A DNA stretch of 64,000 nucleotides from NCBI GenBank assembly GCA_965644295.1, contig CBFFRP010000615.1:1-64000 (forward strand), in the 5' to 3' direction. This stretch comes from Paraphysomonas bandaiensis (lineage: Eukaryota; Protista; Chrysophyceae). A program made the translations under genes and the position numbers. Of the stretch, positions 1 to 11,051 are shown one piece after another; the stretch's first letter is position 1; every line of letters begins with the position of its first letter. Under the pieces are notes generated by a model. It was not told where the DNA came from. It ran no database searches and saw only the letters and a list, made by a program, of their open reading frames with translations.

Positions 1-230
1 TACAACTACATTCCAGAGCTTTAAGCATTGCCATTATACATTATTATAAAAAAGTCATATAGATAACAAAGTAGATTTAATAAGTAGTTTTAATGGTAGA
101 ATCCCGGGGTTTTACAACCTTTACAAATTTAAATTATTTTTCATTTTAATTTTTCCCTCTCTCTATATCTACTATTAAATCTACTTATTAAATCTACTTT
201 ACTATCTATATTACTTTTTATTATAAACAT

Positions 231-331
231 TATAAATAATATATAAAGTTATTAATTTTATTTAAGAATATAAATAATATATAAAGTAATTAATTTTATT
301 TAAGAATATAAATAATATATAAAGTAATTAA
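231..331. repeat. AT-rich 38-bp tandem repeat (~2.6 copies)
   Basis: Unit TATAAATAATATATAAAGTWATTAATTTTATTTAAGAA starts at 231, 269 and 307 (last copy partial). Confidence 0.85.
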
Positions 332-480
332 AAGTTATTAATAATATATAAAGTTAAATTAGCAAAGAGAAGGAATTACAACCGAAGGTTGTAATTGGAA
401 ACACTCGAAGAGAAGAGGCCCCTTGAGGGGCATGTGGGGTAGAAAAAGGCTTGTCCTTGTCCCGCCTCCCCCGTTTTTTT

Positions 481-1200
481 ATCATTGATACTTATATATC
501 TATTCAAAAGACAAAGAAAGACAGGATTGCCAATAATGAAGTTCAATGATGAAGATATTAAGATTGATGATTTATATGTATATGTTTTTATTATATATAT
601 ATATATTAATGCTTAAGGCTGGAGAAGTTTACTGGAGAATTCCGGGTTTGATATCCACGCTGATAGACGTGTATTGCCAGATTATCCAGCAATACAGTTG
701 TACTTATGTATTTCATTAGGTACTTATTGTTTATTGAACTGTACTTGGAAGTACGTATACAAGGCTTCAACTACAATGAGATGCAGTGATGATGAATCAG
801 TTGTGATCAGGCTGAGCTATTAGTGATGTATATGGATGAAGGTCATTCCTGGAGGCCTTCCTCTGGCCTGGGAATCATGTGTATATATTGATCGTTGATA
901 ATAAGATGCAATTTCTGTACTCTAGAAGTTGCTTGTAGATAGTATGTAGTTGTAGTCATATTCATTGTTAGTTATCTATTAGTACTATGGAGGGAGAACC
1001 TGAAATGGAGGTTCATGACTCTAGTCTGTTTCATTTAGCTCTGAGAAGGATCAGATCAATGATTATTGAAGAACAACAGTCGATATCGAGTGCTGATGAG
1101 CAGCGCGTCAGAGATATTGGACTCGTTACTGCATTAGATGATGCTGACACCAATAGGAGGGTGTTACAATTATGTTAGTGAAACTGCAATATGTCGACAA
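481..1200 (+). mobile_element. Dispersed repeat family R1, copy 1 (unclassified, degenerate)
   Basis: Reverse-complement match to ~48990-49762. Both copies share the terminus ATCATTGATACTTATATA and a near-identical core (609-688). The degenerate ORFs are similar (SSADEQRVRDIG vs ASASEEQIRAIG). The right boundary is approximate. Confidence 0.7.
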
Positions 1201-1270
1201 TATATGATCGTAGGTATATAAAATTGGCTGGTAGTAGGTAGTAGAAGTAGTGAATACCATATTTTGCAAG

Positions 1271-1563
1271 TAATAGGCGTTTAAGAGTCAGAACTAATGT
1301 AGCATTACAATTTACATAAAACTAGTGATTAACTCTGATATCCTACTATTTATCGCTACGATAGTTGCTTGTGTGTTACCGAATGCACCAAGGTGCAACC
1401 GCTTTCGCTCTTTCACTCAACGCAAACGAAGTGAGCAAGCAGAATGTTGACTTTATAAGGTCTTGAATAGCCCAGATGCTTGACTTCGGCATGCAGCCCA
1501 ATACCCCGGATGATCTTAAGGTGGAATGGATCCACCTCAAGGGTATCCGGGGTATTGGGCTGC
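1271..1563 (-). mobile_element. Hairpin-rich dispersed element R2, partial copy ending in a fold-back
   Basis: Shares GCACCAAGGTGCAAC, GTGAGCAAGCAGAATGTTGA and CAGCCCAATACCCCGGAT with copies at 9.1-10.1 kb and 24.8-25.2 kb. 1493-1563 is an inverted duplication. Confidence 0.8.
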
Positions 1564-1924
1564 CTACTAAAACAAAAAAAAAATACTAAAAAGAGCAATG
1601 GGAGATAGTGACAGAGCCTACAACAGAATGGGTGGATCAAGGCACCCTCTCATCTGACCGGAAAACGTCGACGCAGTAATGGGGTATCGTACAACAAAGA
1701 ATAGGCTTGATGGAATAGCTTGAACTGTATAATACATAATACTATTATATGTGTAGCCGGTGACTTTTATTGCTGTAAAAACTGAAGTACATAACATTGT
1801 AAGAACGTAGTAAAAAATATATAGATAATATTCTTCACACTACTAATATCTTCATATAGTTATTGTGCATATTTATACTTTTCCGACCATCATCGAAAAA
1901 TTTCACCATTATTAGCTCGACTTT

Positions 1925-2080
1925 TAGTGTCCTTTGTACCACACAAGCATTTGGCTATGAGTGGGTAGAACAATATCTGCTTTCTATGCTTGCGGCTCAT
2001 CTTAGTTTCCCGGAGAAATATCTCCCATACTTATCCCCCAGACCACGACGCAAAGATGCGAGTCCGACTTTGTTGAGGGT
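1925..2080 (-). mobile_element. Element R2, terminal fragment
   Basis: TTGTACCACACAAGCATTTGGCTATGAGTGGG...GCGAGTCCGACTTTGTTGAGGG closely matches 9700-9852. Confidence 0.85.
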
Positions 2081-2562
2081 ATCCCCCGCATATAGACAAC
2101 TGGTTTGTGATTTTCTGTGTCACGACCTTCATAGAACTTTTCTGATCCTTACCTGCAGTAAAACGACAGTTACAATATACGCGCTTTGTTTCTCTTATAT
2201 ATATGTCATCTCTTGAGGAGAGGCAACCAGCTATATATGAACGAAATGTACCATATCGTGATTCTTATGTATATAGAAAATACCGACTGATTTAACTCAA
2301 GCTTACTAATATAATAAATTAACAATCACGTCAACAATTACCTTATTCTCTAGATCTTGAACAAATACAATTCTTTTAGTTATAGTCGATTTTTTATCCA
2401 TTTTGATTATAATACTGTTATTATGCATTCTAACTTTCAGTTTAATCAGTAGTTCTATCTACAGTATTGTACTTTATTTTATTATGCCCTGCAAGTAGTA
2501 CCGTTCACATTGGAATCTTAGCGGCTACTTTAAAGTGCATTGAAGTTCTTAACAGGTTGACA

Positions 2563-2719
2563 CAGGGCCTGGTAACCGTTAATGGTAATGGCATTAATAG
2601 CCATTAATGGTAGTGCCATTATAATTGCCGGGACATTTGTCATTAATACCGTTATAATTGCCGGGAACTGCACTACCATTAATGGACCATTAATGGCATC
2701 CCATTAATGACATGTACTG
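2563..2719. mobile_element. Palindromic MITE-like element with hAT-like CAG...CTG ends
   Basis: Perfect 16-bp internal inverted repeat CCATTAATGGTAGTGC / GCACTACCATTAATGG and many CATTAATG subrepeats. No matching target-site duplication (TSD) found. Confidence 0.5.
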
Positions 2720-3549
2720 CTATATATAGGACTGAGTGTTTCTAAGATAATAGAGTATCTCCTCTATACTCCGAAGAAACTCTAAACAATATTAAACAAC
2801 AATGTTCATGTAACTCTACAGGTACTTTGTGGCAACTTTGCTCATTGTCTTCTCAATGTTCTACAGTTAGAGAATAGTTTCCTGAGCAATCCACATTCGT
2901 ACCACTATAGTCTGCAACAAAGAGAAATGATGTGCAACTAAGTCGTCGTACGAAAGTATCTTAATTCAGCAGTCTAATGTTGGCCGTAGATCTCATAATA
3001 TCTCCCTTTGTATTGATTAATGTTGATCTCATATAAGCGACTAATCCATAAGTTAGGACAAATATGCAAAGATTTACAGCTACTAGATCAGGAGACATTT
3101 CATTGCTGAAATAATCCGGTATATAGTATATATTGCACGTTGTTTAATAAATAGACACAGTCGCTACGCACTTTCTCTTCAGTAATACGGCGACAATTGT
3201 AGAAATGATATGTAATTAGCCAGCAGCGATTTTTACTTCATGAGTATCAATGCATAGCTCAATACGAAGGTTTCGTACATAATCAAAGTAATTTCAGGGA
3301 ATGTATCTTTATTTATCTCTTTTCGGCATATAGCCTAATAACTCCATTAGAACATGACGGATAACATACGCAGGTAAGTGCACTCAAAATCGCCGCCACA
3401 GATAGTATATGTGGCACCTAACTCAGCTAATAACAATGGTGACAACGTCTGACTAAACCACTATAATAAACTCTGCGCCACCATAAATATTGCTAACATA
3501 TTACTCGATACAGGCAATGCTGGCACTAGAACAATCATACCAACACGAG

Positions 3550-6500
3550 TTAGTCATACAAGTTATGCTCCTGTGCGAATTCCTCATCATCTGTATCGAG
3601 CTCTTCGCCTTCCTTGATCTTCTTCTTCAAAATCTTTATCTTGGCCTTCTGGTCACGCTTGGAAAGAGTCTTCTTGACCTTTACCTCACTAACATTTCCG
3701 AGAGCATCGGTCATTTCAGTGATGATCTGGGTATCTGAAATCTTGTCGTCCTGTCTGTTCATCCATCCCACTTCGCCCTTGGTGGTTAAGTGGCCAGCGT
3801 CCATCACCCACTCCTCGGGACAGAGGGTGGATACAAACTCGTTGTTGTGGGAAATGATAACGACACCACCCTCGAACTCCTCAATGGCCTTAGCGAGGGC
3901 ACCCAACGACTCTCTGTCGAGGTAGTTGGTAGGCTCGTCAAGAATGAGAATATGGGGCTGGTTCCACATGGCAGCGGCGATCACAACCTTGACCTTCTGT
4001 CCACCAGAGAGGGCAGACATACGGTAGTGGGTCGCGAACTCGGCACCAAGTCCACAGTCACCAAGGTGCTTCTCGACATTGGCGGAAGAGAGAGTGCGGA
4101 CATAAAGACCGGCTCTCTGGGCAAGTCTGGCATCAATGGCCTTGCAGCCCTTGGACCATCCACGTCTGGTAAGAGCCTCAACAGTAACCCAGCCCTCTTC
4201 ACCACCCTTGAACTTCACCTCGTACTCAGTCTTCTTGTCCTTGTTCTCACGTCTGTTTCCAACAAGTTCAGAGACAACCTTCATGGCCTTGCGCTGAGTT
4301 CCATCATCATCCTTCCAGGAGTGCTCAAAGGGCTCGCTCTGGAGCTTCTTCTCCTCCTCAGTGAGAACCATCGAAACCTTGACGAGAGACTCCTTGTCCT
4401 CACCATTGGCGTATCTCCAACGAATGTACTCGTTAGGAGTCTTGTTGAGGTGGTTCTCAATGTGGTGGAAAGCATGCTGAGCGACATATGCAATACGGGC
4501 ATTGGGGTGCTTCCAGACCTCTCCAGTCTGAGGAACCACTTCTCCTGTGAGCACCTTAATCATGGTGGACTTTCCGGCACCATTCTCTCCGACGCACCCC
4601 ACACGAGAGGCCATGGACACCTGAACGCTGATGTCGAAGAGAGTAGGAGTGGTGTTGCCAGGGTAGGTGAAGTCACAGTGGGACATCTTCATGAGGGCCT
4701 TGGAGCGAGACTTGACACCCTCAATAGGACCAGGCTGAGGGAAACTGAACTTAAGCTTGGACTCCTTAAGACTGAAGTAGCTCATTGCCTCAGGGTTCTT
4801 GGCGATGAAGCTATCAAGGTTGCCCTTGTACTGGTGCAACTTAAGGCGGTCGATCTGAAGGATGTTGGTACAGCAGTCATTAAGGAAACCAGAGTCGTGG
4901 GACACCATGATGGCAGTCACATTGGTGAGAGAGTTGATGTAGTTCTTAACCCAGGCCACATTGATGACGTCCAAGTGGTTAGTAGGTTCATCGAGGAGCA
5001 GAATATCTGCCCTCTGAAGCATGGCACGAGCCATAGCGAGCTTCATTCTCCATCCACCAGAAAGAGATGACACAGGGTTGTTGGGCTTAGCCTTACCGTT
5101 CTCAGTGAACCCGACATTAGCCATGGTAGCAAGTACCTCCTCACGGGAGAGTCCAGCCAAGCGAGGGTCCTGCATGATGTAGTCCACGCAAGAAAGATGG
5201 GAAAGCTCACCAAGGATATCAGCCTCCACGAACACAGTGCGCACCTGAGAGGAATCAGGGAATCCCTCCACAGATCCGTTGGCGATGGATCTCATGAGGG
5301 TGGTCTTACCAGAATCATTTCCTCCGAGAAGACCATACTTGGCACCTCTCTTGAGACGCATGTTCGTGTTATGAAGAAGAATCTTGGTACCGTAGGCAAG
5401 GGTAAACTGACAGTTGCAGAGCTCCTCTGCATCGTCGTCATCATCATCATTGGCAGTCTCAATCTTGATCATCTCCTTACATACGGGGATCAGGCCCTCG
5501 ACAGCAGCAGCAGCGGTTGAGTCACCGATAAGCACAGCGAGCTGAGAGGAGACATCAGACCACTGCTCAATCTCGAAATGCTTCACTCCCATAAGAGAGC
5601 ACACCAAAGAGGCGATGTGCTTGAGTGCAACTTCACCCTCGGCGGGGACACCAGACACCTTCTCCTTGAGGGCAGTTAGAACAAGGTCATAGTTAATACC
5701 CTTGGTTACGATGCTCTTAACAAGATCATTGAGGCGATTAAGCTGGAAGGAAGCACGCTCAGAGACAGCACGGGCCTCAGGATCAGACATAGCATCGGCA
5801 GATCTCTCGAGGGCAGGCATAAGCTCGGGAAGAAAGGGAGCCGCATCAAGAGGGTCATCGACAAGCTTAGACATGTTATCAATGATGACAGCAGACTGAC
5901 GACGGGTAGCGGTGACACGACTCTTGAGGCCACGAAGCAACAAGGGCACAACCATGGCAAGAGCAGGAGACTGCACAGACTGGACGAAGGTGACGCCAGC
6001 AAGGGCATGCATAATCTCAGGGACCTCCTCAGGATTAGTGATAGACTTGAGGATGTGAGATGTCATGTGCTCAATATCTCTGTTTCCGATAACGTCACAG
6101 GCGGCAGACATGGCAGCGTAAGCAGCCTCGCTAACCTCCTTCTTCGTGTCAGTCATGCAGGCAGTCACCTCAGGCACAACCTGTGGGAGGGCATTACCGA
6201 GCTGCTCAGGAGCGTGATCGCCAAAACTGGCGATGACATTGAGAGCAAGCACGCGGCTGTTCCAGTTCTCCTCAATCTGAGCAGCAGCAAAGCAGTACTG
6301 AAGCACTTCACGAACAGAGTTAGCGCAAATGTTTGAGGTGATGGCCTTCACAGAGTCAGCGGCGGCCTTACGAATAGCGCCCTGCTTGCAGCCAGAAGCC
6401 TTAAAGAGAACAGGCAGACTGGCGCACAGGTGAGCCTCAGCAGACTGCATGCAATTGTTGGCCAGCACAGTGTACACACCACATGCATCCACAGTGGCAG

Positions 6501-6660
6501 ACACGTCGCCCTTGCCGGTCTTTGAGACCTGAGCATCGAGCTTAGCGATGAGAGGAGGAAGAACCTTCCAGTCCCCCTTAACAGAAGAGATAAGAGCTGA
6601 CTCATTCTCAGGGCTCAAGGAGAGGTTCTTCATTAGCTGGTTAACGTCAAAAGCGGCCAT
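3550..6660 (-). CDS. eEF3: Translation elongation factor 3 (HEAT repeats + two ABC-F ATPase domains with chromodomain-like insert), intronless
   Basis: 1036-aa ORF. eEF3-typical motifs LCNCQFTLAYGTKILL, GGNDSGKTTLM, LSGGWRMKLAMARAML, LLLDEPTNHLD, GENGAGKST, IAYVAQHAFHHIE, LSGGQKVKVV, LDEPTNYLDRESLGALA, plus a basic/acidic C-tail. Confidence 0.97.
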   Translation of the reverse strand: MAAFDVNQLMKNLSLSPENESALISSVKGDWKVLPPLIAKLDAQVSKTGKGDVSATVDACGVYTVLANNCMQSAEAHLCASLPVLFKASGCKQGAIRKAAADSVKAITSNICANSVREVLQYCFAAAQIEENWNSRVLALNVIASFGDHAPEQLGNALPQVVPEVTACMTDTKKEVSEAAYAAMSAACDVIGNRDIEHMTSHILKSITNPEEVPEIMHALAGVTFVQSVQSPALAMVVPLLLRGLKSRVTATRRQSAVIIDNMSKLVDDPLDAAPFLPELMPALERSADAMSDPEARAVSERASFQLNRLNDLVKSIVTKGINYDLVLTALKEKVSGVPAEGEVALKHIASLVCSLMGVKHFEIEQWSDVSSQLAVLIGDSTAAAAVEGLIPVCKEMIKIETANDDDDDDAEELCNCQFTLAYGTKILLHNTNMRLKRGAKYGLLGGNDSGKTTLMRSIANGSVEGFPDSSQVRTVFVEADILGELSHLSCVDYIMQDPRLAGLSREEVLATMANVGFTENGKAKPNNPVSSLSGGWRMKLAMARAMLQRADILLLDEPTNHLDVINVAWVKNYINSLTNVTAIMVSHDSGFLNDCCTNILQIDRLKLHQYKGNLDSFIAKNPEAMSYFSLKESKLKFSFPQPGPIEGVKSRSKALMKMSHCDFTYPGNTTPTLFDISVQVSMASRVGCVGENGAGKSTMIKVLTGEVVPQTGEVWKHPNARIAYVAQHAFHHIENHLNKTPNEYIRWRYANGEDKESLVKVSMVLTEEEKKLQSEPFEHSWKDDDGTQRKAMKVVSELVGNRRENKDKKTEYEVKFKGGEEGWVTVEALTRRGWSKGCKAIDARLAQRAGLYVRTLSSANVEKHLGDCGLGAEFATHYRMSALSGGQKVKVVIAAAMWNQPHILILDEPTNYLDRESLGALAKAIEEFEGGVVIISHNNEFVSTLCPEEWVMDAGHLTTKGEVGWMNRQDDKISDTQIITEMTDALGNVSEVKVKKTLSKRDQKAKIKILKKKIKEGEELDTDDEEFAQEHNLYD

Positions 6661-6866
6661 GATATATGAATGTGCTTCTAACGTTTATATGACAGGAAAA
6701 ATATATTTATGATGTTGTGTGAATATCATCTTAGCGAAAGCCACATACATTGAATGGTTATGGGTTGAAATCACTCCCAGCCACTGATCTGAATAACGGA
6801 CGAATCACCCAATCATTAACCCATATATAAATATACACGTATATTATTGGTGTATAAGTACAAGAA

Positions 6867-6892
6867 ATACATATACATACATTCATACATAC

Positions 6893-6923
<31 letters not shown>

Positions 6924-6996
6924 CATACATACATACATACATACATACATACATACATACATACATACATTCATACATACATACATACATTCATAC

Positions 6997-7027
<31 letters not shown>

Positions 7028-7215
7028 CATACATACATACATACATACATACATACATACATACATACATACATACATACATACATACATACATACATAC
7101 ATACATACATACATACAGTACATACATACATACAGTACATACATACATACATACATACATACATACATACATACATACATACATACATACATACATACAT
7201 ACATACATACATACA

Positions 7216-7245
<30 letters not shown>
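6867..7245. repeat. (CATA)n microsatellite, ~380 bp, between divergent eEF3 and GT17 genes
   Basis: Direct reading. A few CATT, CTTA and CAGTA interruptions. Confidence 0.98.
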
Positions 7246-7246
<1 letters not shown>

Positions 7247-7319
7247 GTAGCAGTGCCGTGTTGCATTGTTTGGGTATGTTGACATGCTGAGTGAGTAGTT
7301 GGAGTGGTGTGGAGTGGTG

Positions 7320-8698
7320 ATGTCTCCGCTGTTTCTGTTTCTGTTTTTTCTTTTTCAGGGGGGGTATCTTGAGGGGTGCCATGGTTTTGAAGTGAGTGTA
7401 TCTGTATCTGGTGATGATGATGGTGAAGTGGAAGTGAAAATACTCGAAGTGCTTCTCTTCAATCAGGTATATATGCATCCTGCTGCTCCTCCTGTATGTA
7501 TCTAATAGCGTGTTAGGGAGAGCTGCTGTCTCTCTCCTGCCTCTCATCTGAGTCCTCTCAGTCCTCTGCTTGCTATGATGGTTCAATAGAGACCTCCTGC
7601 ACCCTCACCCCCTCCCTCCCACTCATCATCAGCAGTAACGGTCATTACTTTGATCGTATAGTAATCCTGTCATCAGAAGGGCGCGTATACGGGTCTCTGG
7701 TGTCTGTGTCTGCGGAGGGATCTGTTTTCTGGGAGGATTCCATCAGGGACAAGTCCTCAATGCATGTGTTCGATATTGAAACAGCCGCTCAGTTGAATTA
7801 TCCCGTTCAGATCGTGTCGACCTTCTCTTATAATGGTGAGCCGGCGGCCGCCTTTCATGTGGAGTACTTGTATCATACTGTCAGTGAGTTTATTATAGTT
7901 GAGAGCTGGTACACTATAAGCGGAGAGTTGAAGCCTGAGCTTTACTTCCAGAGAGATGACAACCGCAAACTATTTGAGCCTTTCATGTCCAAGATCAGAT
8001 ATGTGGTAATCGACTCTGTTCCCGCCCGTCCTCATGATTGGGTTGATCCTAGTCACCAGTGGATGCGGGAGGAGTCATATGATGCGTTTTGGGTGGACGA
8101 CTACCAACGAAAAGCTGCCCGTAATTACGTAGATCCAACTTCTCGTACGCTGGTCATATGTACAGATTCTGATGAAATTCCGCGTAGAGAAATAGTTGCC
8201 CAGTTACGGAACGTTGCGCTTTATGATTTATTTCGGTACACGGTGCCACTACAAATGTATTTCTTTTACTATAGCTTTCGATGGATGTCTGTAGACACTT
8301 GGTACCACCCATTTATTATCAATGCACAAGGGTATCATGAGCTAGATAATCTCATATATGCTCGTGTGCATCCACCTGAGGAAGCTAGCAGATCTATCCC
8401 AAATGCAGGGTGGCATCTTAGCTATTTCTTATCTCATGAAGACGTTGTCAGGAAAGTGGAGAGTTTTCCCCACAGAGAATTCGATAGACCAGAGTTCAAA
8501 GCCGATGATCACGTACATGACTGCCTTCTAAACGGGGCGGATATATACCAGAGGGAAAATTTTAAGTTGCAGGCTATTGACCCTTACAAGCATGCAGCTG
8601 AGCTGCCACAAGGCTGGGAAGCTTTTCATAGCCAAATACTTAGGAAGCAAGGGTTGCGTGAAGACAAGAAGTCTGATTATAGCTCGAAAATGTACTAG
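7320..8698 (+). CDS. Glycosyltransferase family 17 (MGAT3/GnT-III-like) protein with signal peptide; exons 7320-7466 and 7517-8698
   Basis: Motifs FIIVES..TISGELKP, YQRKA, DSDEIP (DxD), FYYSFRW, AGWHLSYF and KVESFPHREF. A phase-0 GT..AG intron at 7467-7516 joins the hydrophobic N-terminus MSPLFLFLFFLF in frame. Confidence 0.88.
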
Positions 8699-9130
8699 CA
8701 TACTGCACATTCAGAGGTGTTGAACAGGCATTGCCGCAATGTTTTAGAAAATATGTTGATTTATGGTTTTCGTCTGTGCTGGTGGAGACTCGGTGTTACA
8801 GTAACTTTAATAGCGCTTGGTATATATGATAGAAGTGGTCTACATATAGCGTATTCGTATAAGAAGCCACACTATAGTAATGAATATTATTTTCTCTTGG
8901 CGCTATGTTAAGTAGGCCTGTGGATACACAGCACAATGGAAGTATACCAACCCCTTCTGTATTTATACATTGTCACGTATTGACTGTTAGATTGGACTTT
9001 GCAGTGAAGTGGACCTTGCTCAACATGTAGTCCTTATCCTTGATTCGTTGCACACAACGTACTTCAGAAAAGAACTATGATTACTTCTCCGAACTCTTCA
9101 CATCATATTCATGTAACATTTGGTGAACAA

Positions 9131-10108
9131 CCCTCAACAAAGTTGGACTCGCACAGTTTCGTGGTGTTATGAGGGATAAGTACCCGAGATATTTCTCCAG
9201 GAAACAAACGCGAGCCGATAATTTTCTGCCCAGTTATAGCCAAATGTTCGTGTGGTACAAGGGGCACTAAAAAGTGTCACTTGTGTAAATGTCTTTGGGA
9301 TTTGACGGATAAACAGGTGTCTGGGAATGGGCCCACCTCAAGGGAATCCGGGGTATTGGGCTGTCTGCTGAAGTCTTATAAAATGTCTGAATATTTAGCA
9401 ATAGGCGTGTAAGTGTTAGAACTAAACAGAAATCTATCTAGTACTTAATACTAATGTCCTACTATATGACGCTACGGAGGCTGCTTGTGCGTCGCCACAA
9501 GCACCAAAGTGCGACCACCTCCGCTCTCTGTCTTTAAGGTGAACTAGCCCGGATGCTTGACTTCAGGAGGTAGCTCAAACCCCGGATGCCCTTGAGGTGG
9601 GCCCTTTCCCAGATACTTGACTTCAGTAGACAGCCCAAAACCCCGGATACTTGCTTATTCGTCAAGGCCTAAAGCCATTTACACAAGTGACACTAATTAG
9701 TGTTCCTTGTACCACACAAGCATTTGGTTATGAGTGGGCAGAACAATATCTGCTCTCTATGTTTGCGGCTCACGTTTGTTTCCCGAAGAAATATCTCCCA
9801 TACTTATCCCCCAGACCACGACGCAAAGGTGCGAGTACGACATTATTGAGGGGGGGTATTGGGCTGCCTGCTGAAGTCAAGCATGCGGGCTGTTCTCCTT
9901 AAGGACTCAAAAATCCTGAAGTCTGCAAATGTCTAGTATATCAACATTCTACTTGCTCACTGTGTTTGCTTTGAGTGACAGAGCGAATGTGGTTGCACCT
10001 TGGTGCTTGTAATGACGCACAAGCAGGTTTTGTGGCGTTAAAGAGCAGAATATCATAGTTAAGCATTGACTCTTAAACATGTATTACTAATTCTAAGACA
10101 CTCACTAC
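9131..10108. mobile_element. Nested pair of R2 elements: a full copy (9376-9852) in opposite orientation inside a second copy (9131-9375 + 9853-10108)
   Basis: The outer halves continue the R2 consensus. The inner copy is flanked by the 26-bp direct repeat GGGGTATTGGGCTGYCTGCTGAAGTC at 9350-9375 and 9853-9878. Confidence 0.8.
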
Positions 10109-11051
10109 TTGGTGAACATCTATTCTCACGAACATATGTTTATCATAATAAGTTCACTAATCAATCATATATCCTTAAGTATAGTACATATAGACTACAG
10201 GTATACTGAGTCACTCTAAACAATTATGTGTTGGTTTCACTCATTGCACACTATTAACTTACTACAATTGCACAATATATATAGGATAATATAAAATAAT
10301 TCTTACATCCGTAAATATATTATGTAAACATCCTTTGTAGCTAAACTCACCCTTTACTACAACTACGGGTTTGCTTAACATATTTACTTGTGACGCGACT
10401 ACGGGTGTCTAAGCGTCACTGGTAGACATTGATAGTTGTGTCCTTCCTCTTCCATGCGTACAGGTGTTATATGATAGGGAGTAGTGCTAAGCCTTCTTAC
10501 AAGACTACTTATCACTTAACTGTAACTTATTACACTCGCAACATCACTTACTACAACCTACAGTAGTTCTCCCTTATTCTTGTACCTTCATAGCCTCCGA
10601 AATCACCCATATTGAATAATATCATACACCAGAACTCAATATCGAATAGTTCATTTAGAATAGAATTTTGTTTAATTAAACGGATTATTTAAAATGTACT
10701 ATCTAACCGGTACTGGGCTTAATAATTATATTAAACCAACGAACGATGCTTTCACTACAACTATATTTATTCTAACTCTAAGAGAAGGAGCGTTTCTAAA
10801 CACATATTTCAACTAATGACAACAGACGTGAGAACGGATTTATAATTAATTTATCAGTTTTCCGAATATCAAATACCATTGACTCTGAGTAAAAGTAGTC
10901 ATAGGCATATAGTATTATAACACTACTGACTTAAGTCGTTGATTAAGCATATATATTTTATCCGTGTTAATGGTTAGATGGAGCATATGAAGTGGGTGCC
11001 ACCTAACTTATTTCATAATATGCAGCATAAGCGTATATCCTCATATGAAAC

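Noticed and set aside
370-435. Small hairpins (AATTACAACCGAAGGTTGTAATT, GCCCCTTGAGGGGC) suggesting an organellar insertion
   Set aside because: No organellar gene fragment is visible to support it.
3790-5070. 426-aa ORF antisense to eEF3
   Set aside because: Shadow of codon bias on the opposite strand; no recognisable domain.
9376-9852. R2 as hammerhead ribozyme, group I/II intron, or Fanzor/IscB omega-RNA
   Set aside because: No CUGANGA core before the GAAAC, no R/S elements or domain V, and no RuvC nuclease ORF recognised in the window.
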